Assembly (NCBI GenBank): GCA_965112155.1
Contig: OZ218103.1
DNA length: 64,000 nt
Origin: Podarcis liolepis
Lineage: Eukaryota
Direction: 5' to 3' (one strand)
Shown: positions 52,255 through 64,000 of the stretch, one piece after another
Position numbering within the stretch: the first letter of the stretch is position 1
Layout: each line of letters opens with the position of its first letter
Position numbers and translations under genes: made by a program
Notes under the pieces: generated by a model
The model's input: only the letters and a program-made list of their open reading frames with translations
Told to the model about the DNA's origin: nothing
The model's database searches: none

Positions 52255-52439
52255 CAGCAGAGCATGAGCCTCAATCTCTGGGTGGTGGGTTCGAGCCTCA
52301 CGCTGGGCAAAAGATTTCTGCTTTGCAGGGGGTAGGACTAGATGACCCTCGGGATCCCGTCTAACTCTACGATTCTAGGATCCCATCAGCCTCAGCCCCA
52401 TGCGCATCCTTTCCCACATGCCTGAACGTAGACAAACCC

Positions 52440-53330
52440 TCTCACTCGCAAGACGCCGGCGGCAACTCCCTCGAGACAGCGCCACGGGGTGACGGAGAAG
52501 AAACAGAAACCCCTGCTAGACCCCGCGCAACGAAGCGACCGCCCCGTCTGGCAAACTCTCCCCGCGCGGTGTCTGGATTCCGGAGCCTTCCTACTAGTCC
52601 CAGCCTCCCTCCCCTGTGCTGGGCGCAGGAAACTGGGGAAGCGGCTCCTTCTCCCTCCCGCCGAAGCGCGGCTGGGCTGGGCTGCTGCTCCCCCGTGATT
52701 TTGTTTTTGCGAGGGGGCGGAGCTCCTTCGAAATCCCACTCCGCGGACTCCAGGAAAGAAAGAGAGAACGGGATCGCCGGGGAGAGGGAGGGTCGGTGTA
52801 TTTGTGTGCGCGTCTTGGTGTTGCGGGGAGAGCGCGCTCGGATTCTCTCTCCAAGCCCCGGGGTTGTTTCTCTCGCACACCGCCCACCCTCGCCTCCAGC
52901 GCCGAGGCAAAGCGAGGAGGGCGAGCCTGCTGAGCCGACGAGAGCTCCCTGCGAGCAAGATCGGACTCTCCACGCCCCGCAAGCCGGCGCCCGGGAGCCT
53001 CGTCGAGCCCCGACAGCTGCCCTCTCCGGCGTGGTCCCCATGGAGGAGGACGTTCTGGACAAACTCGAGGACATGGCGTCGGTGCGGGACTTCGACCCTC
53101 TCACCGGCAGCATCCCCGCCACCAAAGTGGAGGTCACCGTCTCCTGCAGGTAAATGGGAGGCCGCGTGGGCTCGTGTGCAAGGTGTACGCGTGTGTCGGG
53201 GTGGTGTTGCCTTTGGGGGCGCGCACAGCTCCAAGTCGAGGAAGGCGGCAAGTTTCTCCTGGCGCAGCTAGCAGCTGCTGGCAAAGATTTTCAGCGAGGG
53301 GGGGGGAGATGTGCGATTTGCCGCTTGCTT
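52440..53330 (+). promoter_or_regulatory. CpG island: promoter and 5'UTR of CPNE5
   Basis: Marked CpG/GC enrichment with a GC box (GGGGGCGGAG, ~52713) around the first coding exon. Confidence 0.8.
53040..53149 (+). CDS. CPNE5: Copine-5 exon 1 (MEEDVLDKLEDMASVRDFDPLTGSIPATKVEVTVSCR)
   Basis: Matches human CPNE5 MEQPEDMASLSEFDSLAGSIPATKVEITVSCR; AG|GTAAAT donor; downstream of PPIL1 on the same strand as at human 6p21. Exon 2 not seen in the window. Confidence 0.9.
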
Positions 53331-55593
53331 GCTCAAAGTTTCTACTTCTCCCCATCATTCGGCTGGGATTCTGAAAGGCCGATTGGAAAGCGTTTGGAAA
53401 CTTGAGAGAAAAGGCGCGGTTGAGTTAAGGGGGAAGCACAGTCACAGAAGATAGAAATAATCCAGGCATCAGTTGCCTTGTCTGAGAACTTGAGATGGTA
53501 GATGTTATTGCGGGTCTCTGTTGCACATTACCTGTTCTTGAGTAGACAGCCCATGGTCCGGATCCCAATAGCAAGGCTATTGGTGAAGGAGGAAAGGATG
53601 CCTCAGGAATCACTGGATCAACTTTTGTAGGTGAGGCACTGCATATATCTCAAGAAGTATACTGAGCTCAGAACTCTTCACAAAAGGAGGCAGATTGTGA
53701 TGGAGGTGTTTGGGCTGTTTCTTCTTGCTCTCTAGACCTGTGATAGCTGATTTTCATCCTGCTGGAACTGTGTGAAGCTGTACCTTGAGAACTGACCCAC
53801 ATCTCTGTGGCGGAGCCTCTGCTCATCATTGAGAGCAGAGGCTCAGTTCTTGGCATCGCTGGTGGTGAGGCTAGGCAAGACCACCTGCACTCTATATTGA
53901 AAGCAGTATCAAAGCACCTTAAACAGTCTAGGCTTCCCCCAAAGAATCCTGGGAACTGTAGTTTGTTTAAGGGGCTGAGAGTTGTTAGGAGACTCCTATT
54001 CCCTTCCACAAGCTACAATCCTCAAGATGGTATAATATTCAGTTCTTCTTTCCAGGGAACTGTAGCTCCGGGAGGGGATTAGGAGCCTCCTAATGACTCT
54101 CAGGATCCTTAACGGACTACACTTCCCAGGATTCCTTGGGGGAAGCCATGACTGTTTAAAGTGCTATGATACAGCTTTCAATGTATACTGTGGATGAGGT
54201 CTGGGAGAGCAGCTTCCAGGTGGAGAAGACAAGGGTTGGGGCCTCTGTGGTCCCCCAACAGTTGTTGGACTTCCAACTCCCATCAGTTTCAGCCAGTGTG
54301 GCAAGTAGTGAGTGATGACAGGAGTGGTAGTCCATCAGCATCTGGAAAGCCACATGTTACCCAAACCTGCTGTAGATCAACATCTGGAGTGATGCTAGAT
54401 GGACCAGGGGCTTAACTTAGTCTCTAAGGAACCTTTTTATCAAACTGTAGCTTCCACACTGCTGCAACTGCAACAAATTAATTTAAGGAAATATCTTACC
54501 TATGTTATTTTTGTAAACCCTGGGAGAAAATTTCTCTTATTTGATAATGTAATGAACATGTATCCAGTGAGGAATAAATTCCTCTTCTACTAAGCTCCAC
54601 AAATACAACATTTATATAGAACATCAAAACATGAGTGGTTTTACCATATGTAAATCTTACTGCTATATAAATATAGACAGCACCTTTAAGATTTCACACA
54701 TTATTTTTGTTGTTGTTGGGAAGCTCATGCTGATCAAGGGCAGCAGGGAATTGTTCTGCACAGATGTCTAAAACTGAACTACTTTTACACAAAACGTTTC
54801 TCAAACTATAGAATAGGGGGACTCTCCCAGGTCCTATCAATCCCAGCCAGCATGGCTAATGGTCACAGATGATGAGCATTATAGTTCAATAACATCTGGA
54901 GGACTGCATTTTATCCACCCCTGCCATAGATCCATCCTTTTAACGTTTAATGTTGCAAAATGCTGCTAGATCTCTTAATATGAGACTGAAAAAGTATAGG
55001 AAGCCATTTTTGTCCATAAGCGAAAAATAACTACCACCAAAGTCAACAGCTGGGCAATATATTTATTAGGACCAACTGAAATGGTCCTGGTTATGAACAA
55101 GCTTTTGAGTTCTGTAGCCTTCATCAGGTTGCTTGCTTCATGTGCAGGCTGATGAAAAGTTCCGCTCAATTTGAAAAGCTTACTCGCTATTTTGAGACAT
55201 TTTGCTTGGACTTAATAAGGGTATTGCCCAGCTGTGGATTTTGGAATTAATGCAAGATAGTTATGCTGTACGTACAATTGGTAGGGAGAAGGAGGTGAGC
55301 AGTTGGGGGCAGAAGGTGGGAAAGAGAAGTCACTCTGCTTTACTTAACAGATACGGTCTTGTGATGTGCTCCAGGTTAGCAGGGATGGGGGACCTGTGGT
55401 AATTAATAATAATAAGTTTATTATTTATACCCCATGTTGCTGGACTACAACTCCCATCAGTGCCTTCGTGATTTCCCAGAAAGCAGAGCTTTTCCCTTGT
55501 ACACTGATATCCTTTGAGCAGTGTATCATTTTGGATCTTCATTTCAGCCTGGAGAAGATACGGGGGTTTCTGTATGTTTTGTAGCTGCATATA

Positions 55594-55851
55594 CCGTATT
55601 TTTCGCTCTATAAGACGCACCAGACCACAAGACGCACCTAGTTTTCGGAGGAGGAAAACAAGAAAAAAAAATTCTGAATCTCAGAAGACAGAACAGCAAG
55701 AGGGATCGCTGTGCAGTGAAAGCAGCAATCCCTCTTGCTGTTCTGGCTTCTGGGATAGCTGCGCAGCTTGCATTCGCTCCATAAGACGCACACTCATTTC
55801 CCCTTACTTTTTAGGAGAGAAAAAGTGAGTCTTATAGAGCAAAAAATACGG
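55594..55851. mobile_element. Tc1/mariner (pogo/Tc2-like) MITE in CPNE5 intron 1
   Basis: TIR CCGTATTTTTCGCTCTATAAGAC / GTCTTATAGAGCAAAAAATACGG flanked by TA on both sides. Confidence 0.85.
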
Positions 55852-58800
55852 TAATAAGCAGGCCTATTACGAAGGAAGCATCAGACTGAATCACATGCCG
55901 TCATGCTTTCTTAACAGTGCAAGCCAAGTGGAGTGAATGGGTTCAGAACTGAATCGGAATGGAACTTTGCATGCAGCATTCCTTCAGCCATCCATGCCCC
56001 ACTTTCTGAGGGAGAGCACGCATTTGCGCAAGGCAGCAAGGCCCCCTTAGTGTTAAACATGTTCAGATGGAAGCAGAGAGTGAGAGGAGGCCCTTTCAGG
56101 TGCTTTGCAGGTTTCAGGTTGTAGTCAGGCCTCCTGGGAAGGAGAAAATACAGATGCTGTGAGGGCTTAAAAAACAAAATAACTGGTATATAAATTTGAT
56201 GAAATGAATAAAAAACAAATAAACTTTTCCAGCTGTAATTCTTGTTTGTATTGCATCATAGATGGAAACAAATCTCTGCATGCAGAATTAAGGAGAACTA
56301 TCTGTAGCTCTGGATGTTTCTTTCATATATAAAATAGCCTTGCTTAGAACATAACTTGTGATTAGATTGCTTTCTTAAAGGGGAATTAAAAGAGGCTTGT
56401 AAGTTGTAAATAACCACTCACCTGGTGACCTGTGGTGAATAGGAATTGCCTCCAGGTGACCAAGCAGAGAAACAGGCAAAGCTCTCCCTCCTTTCCTTTC
56501 CAATAGACACAGTTATCTGTTTGTACGTTAACTAGTAAAATTGTTTCTGGTTAATTAAATTGCAAGAACAAATGAAAAGTATACCTGATTATAGTGGTTT
56601 ATTTGGAAATGTCTGTAATTCACTTGTGGAATGATGCATACATAGTACTGGAAATTTGTTGCTGTTTGGTGGAATGCTTCCGGGAAAATAATAGATCTAA
56701 ATACAATCAGTAATGTTTAATGTCTGCACCTGAAAAGTGCCAAGTTGTGATTGGATATTAGAAAGTGCCTTATTGGGAGGCTTTACTGATATGCTCCTAC
56801 TGAAACGCATCTCCTTTCATTCATCAGATGGCTTGCAGATAACTCAATTTGCAGATCAGCCTTTGGACAGTGTGAATTCATTCCAGTGAATCAGATGTGT
56901 TGGTTTCAGAGTGGTCTTGATGAAAGCTCACCGGTTTCTCAATGGAACAAAAGATGTGGGTCGTGACATGAATCTTACTCTATTTTTCCTGCTAGAGATA
57001 GGGGCACAACTTCCAGTAAAGTTTGTTCTTTGTATACCACAGGGAATTTGGTTCATAAGGATAGATTCTTCCCTTTTTTTAATGATGAGGAAATGAAGAG
57101 CTTTTCAATGTGCAGTTGGGGAGAAAACCTAGCTGTTGGGTCCATTCAGCCATCGACTGACTCTTCTAGTTGGAAACACACGTGGTCTATACGTATGCTC
57201 ACAATGGAATTGTGATATTTTGCTACATGCATTTGCATTCAATTTCACAGTGTGGAATTCAGGCTATAGCAGCAAGGATTAGAGCAATCTTTTGGCAAAT
57301 TAACAGCAATTACATGATGCTAGAAATTCATCCAAACCCCAGCTGTTTCACATAGCTCCTGTTTTCTGAGATTCTCATCGTGCACTCAACATCTGGAATA
57401 ACAGCCCAACAGGTGAAACCGAGGCTCCTTTATCTTTTTGCTTGTAGTTCTCAGGCCCAGAAAAAACTCTAGGCAAAGAGGGTTATACGTATATCTATAA
57501 CTCCCATAGGGAAGAATCTCTTCCTCCACAATTTCCAGCAGCCTGGCGTCCTGCTGGGCTATAGCTTAGAGTTCCAGGCACTGGGATTAGGTGCCTGAAG
57601 ATCTAACTACAGCCCACTGTGAAGGAGGATTGCTGGATCTTTCAAAGCAGTGTGTTCTTTTCATAAGAGTTTTGTAACCACAAAGCGGTTTCTTAGTGGG
57701 CTCCTGACTAGTTGAGATCTGGTCCTTGCACTGCCAGCCACACAAAAACCCAGCAGGAGGGAGGCCAGTCTGCTTCTGGGTGTATCTGGGTCAAACTATG
57801 TGAATGCAATAGACTTGCATATGTTTTAAACATGTAAAATAGCAGCCATGGGGGGCCTGTGTAGCAGTGGGAGCACAGGAGTTGCGGAGGGGAAGTTTGA
57901 TTCTCTCCCCCTTCCCATGTGGTCCCAACAACTGAAACTGCATTAGGAGGGAAGCCTCTCGACTATTGATGGGACAAAACCCACTAAGTCAAAGGCATGC
58001 AGGAAAGAGTTAATAGTCTGGATTGTACATTTAAACTAAGGAACCTCAGTGCTTCCTAACCCAAGGAAGCTAGAGCACAAGGATCATTAACCTTTCAGCA
58101 TTGATTGTGCAGAAGAGGGAAGTGGCAGCAGGGTTCTGCCCACCCCTCCAAACAACTGAAGCTATGTGATATGATGAGCACCAACCACAGACATTCTCTC
58201 TTCCACACAACCATTAAATGGAACCCTTTTACTGAAAGATAGGCCAGCTGTAATACGTTTGTGAACCATGATCAATGCGGCAATGCATTACTCTGAGTTA
58301 ACCCATCTATCTCTCTATCTGGTATTGTCATCTTCTGACTGACACTTGCTCTCCAAAGCGTCAGCTAGAAATCTTTCCTAGCACCTAAAATTATGGAATT
58401 CACTACCACACAGGCCCTTTGCAAGCATTTGGCCTGAACACACAGGGGTAAAATGCATAGAGTGGGGCAGGAATGCCACCCCTGCCCCCAATATCCCATG
58501 CATGCTGGCCCCACCCGACTTCATTCCTGTCCTTTGCACAAAGGTCTGAAGGGGGTATGTACACAGGTTCAGTTGAATGTGTTTGGAAACCTGCCCACAA
58601 TGTGTTTCCAGTTGCAAGGAGGCGTCAAAGTCCATTTGTTGATCCTGTGGAGGAGCTCAGGGGACAAAGGAGATCAGTTGCCTTAGCACCATGGAGAGCT
58701 CTTAGTGGGCAACTTGCTTTGACAAGGGTTGGAAGGAAACTGAGGCCTTCAAGCTTCTGCCTCCACTCCTAGGCTCTGTTCCCTTTTGGAGAACTAGGGA

Positions 58801-59336
58801 CTGCAATAGTGCCAACCTTTTGTCCTGGAGAAGGGCACATATTCTGCATCCCATGGTCTCCTGCTGCTGTGCTCCCTGTGCTGTTGGACTGGCAAAGTAC
58901 TGTGGGAGACACTCAGTTACCCAGGCCCAAGAGAAAGTGTTTGTGATGGTCCTGGCCCTGCTTCTAAAGACCCTGGTGATGTTATCTAACTGGGCTCCTT
59001 CTAGCCTTGAGTTTCTGGTCTTCTAATCACCAGTATCAGGCTCAGAGCCAGGAACCTGGGTTGGCTACATAGCCAGCAGCACCATAGCCTCTAACATAGT
59101 ATCTGAAGTAATGACAAATTCACCCAACATGCTTGGAAGCCCCCTTCAGACCATCCCATGCAGTGTACAAAGTTCAAGGTGGATTTGATACACCCAATGT
59201 TCATGGGCCTCTTGAGGTAAGGGCTGGCACATGTAGGGCTTCCCCCTAGAGGTTCCCTGCCCCCACCCCTGCCCAAATGCTGGGAGAGGGCTAAAATCTG
59301 GTAATAGCTGCTAGCCTAAATGGCTTTAAAGTGAGG

Positions 59337-59859
59337 TGGTTGTTGTTGTTTAGTCGTGTCTGACTCTTCGTGACCCCATGGACCAGAGCACGCCAGGCAC
59401 TCCTGTCTTCCACTGCCTCCCGCAGTTTGGTCAAACTCATGTTTGTAGCTTCGAGAACACTGTCCAACCATCTCGTCCTCTGTCGTCCCCTTCTCCTTGT
59501 GCCCTCCATCTTTCCCAACATCAAGGTCTTTTCCAGGGAGTCTTCTCTTCTCATGAGGTGGCCAAAGTACTGGAGCCTCAGCTTCACGATCTGTCCTTCC
59601 AGTGAGCACTCAGGGCTGATTTCCTTAAGAATGGATAGGTTTGATCTTCTTTCAGTCCATGGGACTCTTCATGGATCACTGCTTTGCCGTGGCTTGAATA
59701 ACTCAGAGAAGCTATGAGCTATGCCGTGCAGGGCCACCCAAGATGGACAGGTCATAGTGGAGAGTTTTGACCAAACATGATCCACCTGGAGCAGGAACCG
59801 GCAAGCCACTCCAGTATCCCTGCCAAGAAAACTCCATGGACAAAGACAACAGGCATATA
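59337..59859 (-). mobile_element. RTE-BovB LINE insertion: 3' end on the minus strand plus an inverted 5' segment
   Basis: ORF 59291..59587 (KLRLQYFGHLMRREDSLEKTLMLGKMEGTRRRGRQRTRWLD) is the RTE C-terminus; (CAA)n tail; TSD AAAGTGAGG at 59328-59336 and 59860-59868. Confidence 0.85.
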
Positions 59860-60289
59860 AAAGTGAGGCTAGGCAAATGCATGTAGGAAAGGGCTATTGG
59901 TCACCACTAGCTATGATGGCTATATACCACCTCCAGAATCGGAAGCATCATGCCTCAATACTGGTTGGCTATGACAACAGGAGAAGGCCATTGTACTCAT
60001 GACCTGACCTATAAGCATCTGGTCAACCATTCTGGAAAACAGAATGCTGGACAAGATAGGCCTTTGGTCTGATGCAGCAAGTCTCCTCTGATGTGCTCAG
60101 CCACTGAGTTATGGGGCCTTCCCCATGTTGAGTTTTCTTCAACATGTCGCTTCTATTCAAGAATTTCATCTCTTCTTCGTCGTCGTCGTCGTCTTCTTCA
60201 ATATGCCACTTCTACTCAAGAATTTCATCTCTCTGCTTCTAGTGATCATTACTGCTATCCTCCCTGCCCTGCATTTACATCAGATGTTA

Positions 60290-60520
60290 CTTAAGAAGAT
60301 TTGTGTGGCATTGTCTGCCTTCCAGTTCTTTGATACCAAGATAGATGCTGTCTTGCGTTACAAACAGGAATGAGCAGTTCAACGATTTTTCGTATCTGAA
60401 CTCTCTGAGCCCCTGGGTGAATATTGTCTGGAACGGGTCTCTTATTACTGTTTAACCTATCAATTTGCTCTGAAACCTTTTCTGTTGGCACTTCCATTTG
60501 TGATGGGATTTTTTCTTTCT
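60290..60520 (-). mobile_element. Degenerate CR1 LINE RT fragment
   Basis: EQIDRLNSNKRPVPDNIHP resembles the CR1 KSPGPDGIHPRVL motif. Confidence 0.65.
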
Positions 60521-63500
60521 TTCTAGATTTAACACCGGGGGGGGGGGGGGGAAAGAAAAAGTCAGATGTTGGTATTTCCTTGGCGACATCCTTCATTCAG
60601 ATATCTGTCATTTGTGCTGTGTAGTTTTGTGGCCCTTCTTTTCTGCAATAGGTTGCATATTTTTAATGCATTATTTTAACCATTTCCTTTTTTGTACATT
60701 TCAATGTTTTTTTTTTTAAAAAAGAATTCTCTTGTTTAAGCAGTTTATTATTCAGTGTGTCAAACTGGTGATCTTTTGGTTTTCCATGTTTAGAACTCGA
60801 CATCTTGGTAAACTTTTTTCCCCCTTGCTACTTCCACCTTTCCTCCCATATTAATAGTTCTAACACATTTCTTTTCTACAACAGCAATGGCAAGAGTATA
60901 AAACATTGATAAGGGAGAAAAAAAATGTGCATTATGAAAATCTTTGGAAATCTTTGTTTCTCACTCTTATTGAGGGGAATAGATTGAAATTTTGGAACTT
61001 AATTCAAGGAGGTTTTGGAGACAAACCTTTTGAGTCTGCACCTCTCATAATACCTGAAATATGAGTTGCCAATTTTAGTGCCATCTTTGGAAGAAAAATA
61101 AATATAAACCCCTCTGTAATGGAGAACCCTTTGAATCTCCCTAATTGGCCACCTGTTTGCACCACTTTTAAAATGTGGTTTTTTTTGGGGGGGGGGTTAT
61201 TGGGTTGCTGTTTTTATTTTGATTATGTATTTTGTGGTTTTATATTTTGATTTTATTCTGTGAACCTCCCCGAGACATCCGGATATAGGACACCATATAA
61301 ATTCAATAAATAATAATCATAATAAATAATAATTCTGACACTTTGGCCTGGGAAAGCACTGGGAGAAGATATGATTCCTCCTGCGATTTACCCTTTTCTC
61401 CCCTAATCATAGTTCTAACAAATGTATCAATAAAAATGCACAATGGGATTGATTAAATAATGTGCCTTCTTTATCACAAGAAATCAGACCAACCATGCCT
61501 TCGCTCTTGCAACGATATCCCGTGGAGTTTGAGCTGGAAAACAAACACACAAACAAATTAAACCACAAAAGGAACGGCTGGCCAAGATCAGCTTGGACAA
61601 AAAAAGAGAACTCCTCTTACTGTTATCAACCCAAGCTGTCAGTGTTGAAGAAGATATTTCATATGTGATTCCTGGTGTTAATTTATATATGATACAACCA
61701 CTTTGTGTGCCTGAGGAGGAGGAGGATATATACTACACAGTCATCTGTGTATGTATATTGGCTGTTATAGTTGAATCAGCCCCAGCCGGAGCTAGTGTGC
61801 ATAGAGTGTTCTGAGGAGAGTCCTGTAGTTTATAAGTTTATATGTTTGTTCCGTTATGAGACAGCTTGAGTCCTTTTGGGGCACGTCACTCTCATAGAGT
61901 CATTTGACTCATACCAGTAGTGGCTGGTGAAGCCATTCAATGAGAGAAACCCTTGACTGCTATAGCAGGTCATTCTGAGGTGGAGGAAGATTCCTGCCTA
62001 CATTGGTAGCAGACAGCAGGTGGCAGAAGCAGTGGTGGTTCTTTGAGCATGGCGCAGACACATGGTTGCTCACTGTCTAGTCGCCCTGGCATAACCATGG
62101 GAGGCATTCAACTAGGTTTTCCTCAGAGTAGATCCACTGAAATTAATGAACATAACTATGTTAGAGCCACTGATTTCAATAGGTCTACTCTGAGTAGACC
62201 TAGTTGAAAACTGCCCAGAGGGTGGATTTCAACTAATGAGCCCTCCCTGTGCAAGGACTCAGTGGCGGAAGAAAGCCTCTTGGGTATCTGGGGCAGTGCG
62301 CCCAGGGGCAGGGCAAACCACCCATAGGGAGGGACGGGACGGGGGTGCGGCACCCATTCCCATCCCCCTTTGTTATTTGCTTGCCTGCCTCCTTCCTGCC
62401 CTCTCCCCTGCCTGCCTGCCTGCCTCCTTCAGTTGGGAGCACAGGGTAATGGTTCGCTGCCCGCCTGTTACTCCCAACTCAGGGGGCAGGGTGATCCAGC
62501 GTGGCTGGGGGGCGTGATCCAGCGTGGCGGCCAGGCCAGGGGGGATGTGATCCGGCATGGCGGCTAGTCTGGGGGTGCAATCTGGTCCGGCCACGATTGG
62601 GCCCGGCCGGGATTTTGTCACCCCTCCCTCAGGGATGACACCTGGGGTGGACCGCCCTCACCTTGCTCTGCCTCTGCAAGGACTTAGAATTGTAGAGTTA
62701 TAAGGCAGCTCCAAGTGTCATCTGCTCCAACCTCCTTCAAAGCAGGAATCAAAACTAAAGAATTCTGAGAGATGGCCATCCAACCTCTGTCTAAAAACCT
62801 CTGTTGAAGGAAAATTCACCACCTTCCACTCATGTAATGGGGCTTTCTCCCCTCCTCCCACATGTCCCCTGCACCCCCTCAGTTGTCTTGAGGACAGATT
62901 GGGAGTACAGCCTGCAGGGGGAGGAGAGGGCAGCTCACTCCATCAGGGCAAACATTTCTGCTGGCACGATCGAAAGAGCTGCCCGGCGCTCTGTTGAATT
63001 CCTTCCAATGTGCTTGCCCTGTGCTGCCTGAACTGCCACTCAGCGACTGTGTGCATGCATGGTGCTGTCTGAGACATATCCTGCCTCTGTGGCTGCTTCT
63101 GACTGCTACTGGTAAGCAAGGGAAATCTAGCTGCCCCCTCCATCACGCCACTGTGGCAGCCAGCAACTCCTATTAGCTACTGGCTTCTCAGTCACAGAGG
63201 TGGTGACTGAGCTTTGGAGGAGAAATAATGTGTAAATGTAGCTGCTATCAGGTCTGGACCTGCCAGAGGCATTGTCTCCTCCGTGTTTCCCCAAAGAATG
63301 AATGCAGAAAGATGATGGGGTTTTTTGTTTTTGTTAGCAACTCTGAGGTTTACCCAACCAACAAAGTACAGGGAAACCCCAAACTAGGTCAACACCGTCA
63401 GCTCTTCGTCTACTCCACTTTTAGTCTTGAGTTTCATCTTTCTTGAAAGTCGTTTGTGCCATGAGCCCCACAAAAACTCCTTGGCAGGACTGGTGGGGGT

Positions 63501-63821
63501 GGGGAGAGGAATGGGATGATAGTGGCAGGAAGGAAAATAAGAAGGGCCTGTTGGATTGGATCAGGCCAATGGCCCATCTGGTCCAGCCCTCTGTTCTCAC
63601 AGTGGCCAACCAGATGTCATTGATGAGGGAGGCACGAAGGAACCAGCCCCTGCTCTGGCTCCTGCTAGGAGATCTTCATGGCAACTAGGGAGGGGCTTGC
63701 ACCTGCGAACCAGCTGAGTGGACTCCACCTCTGTCCCCTAAGAGGCACCATCACATGGACAGGCACGAGCAGATCCAGCCTCCTCACAAGAGTGCCCACT
63801 TACTTGCCCAATCCCATTGCT

Positions 63822-64000
63822 CAGAGGGGATGGAGAAAATGGACAGAGAAATGTTTTCGTCCCCCTCTCCCAACACAAGAACGCATGGGCGTCCAGTGAA
63901 GCTGAAAGTTGGAAGACTCAGAAGAGATGAAAGAAAGTGCCTCTTCAGACATAATTAAACTAGGGAACTTGCGCAAACTGGAGGCAGCGATGGCCTCCAG
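63822..64000 (+). mobile_element. CR1 LINE ORF2 C-terminal fragment
   Basis: NTRTHGRPVKLKVGRLRRDERKCLF resembles CR1 TRGHPMKL..RFRTD.RK.FF. Confidence 0.7.

Noticed and set aside
28000-52400. A hidden protein-coding gene (e.g. C6orf89, MYBPHL) between PPIL1 and CPNE5
   Set aside because: No recognisable exon chain or homologous peptide found by eye; very short or divergent exons cannot be excluded.
52392-53284. Two 280-aa minus-strand ORFs over the CPNE5 promoter
   Set aside because: Stop-poor GC-rich CpG island; low-complexity R/A/G/P composition, no recognisable domain.
53150-64000. CPNE5 exon 2 (expected NLLDKDMFSKSDP)
   Set aside because: Not found; the GGACAAAGAC at ~59838 is inside the BovB segment. 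Exon 2 probably lies beyond the window.

Overview
Vertebrate genomic DNA, most likely a squamate and probably a lacertid lizard (inferred from Sauria/POM-type and Squam3-type SINEs plus BovB/RTE, CR1, L2, hAT and Tc1/mariner elements). The supplied ORF track is mostly spurious because the genes are spliced; I rebuilt exons by hand from GT-AG sites and phase continuity, and protein identities rest on recalled human sequences. Gene order: (1) the 3' end of CELSR2 on + (last 9 coding exons, 304-7865, ending SGSEFLFFNFLH*, plus a second candidate terminal exon giving ...SGSESDETSI*) with a long 3'UTR; (2) a complete PSRC1/DDA3 on - (7 coding exons, 22183 to 13772, about 391 aa); (3) a complete PPIL1 on + (4 exons, 23995-27416, 166 aa), sharing a ~250-bp bidirectional CpG promoter with PSRC1; (4) ~25 kb of repeat-rich intergenic DNA with candidate enhancers; (5) the CpG island and first coding exon of CPNE5 on + (53040-53149), then intron 1. 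Main leads: an alternative PDZ-ligand C-terminus for CELSR2, a strand-specific multi-branch RNA structure in the CELSR2 3'UTR, the PSRC1-PPIL1 head-to-head junction joining human 1p13 and 6p21 blocks, and a 5'-inverted BovB/RTE insertion. No prokaryotic system or CRISPR array is present.
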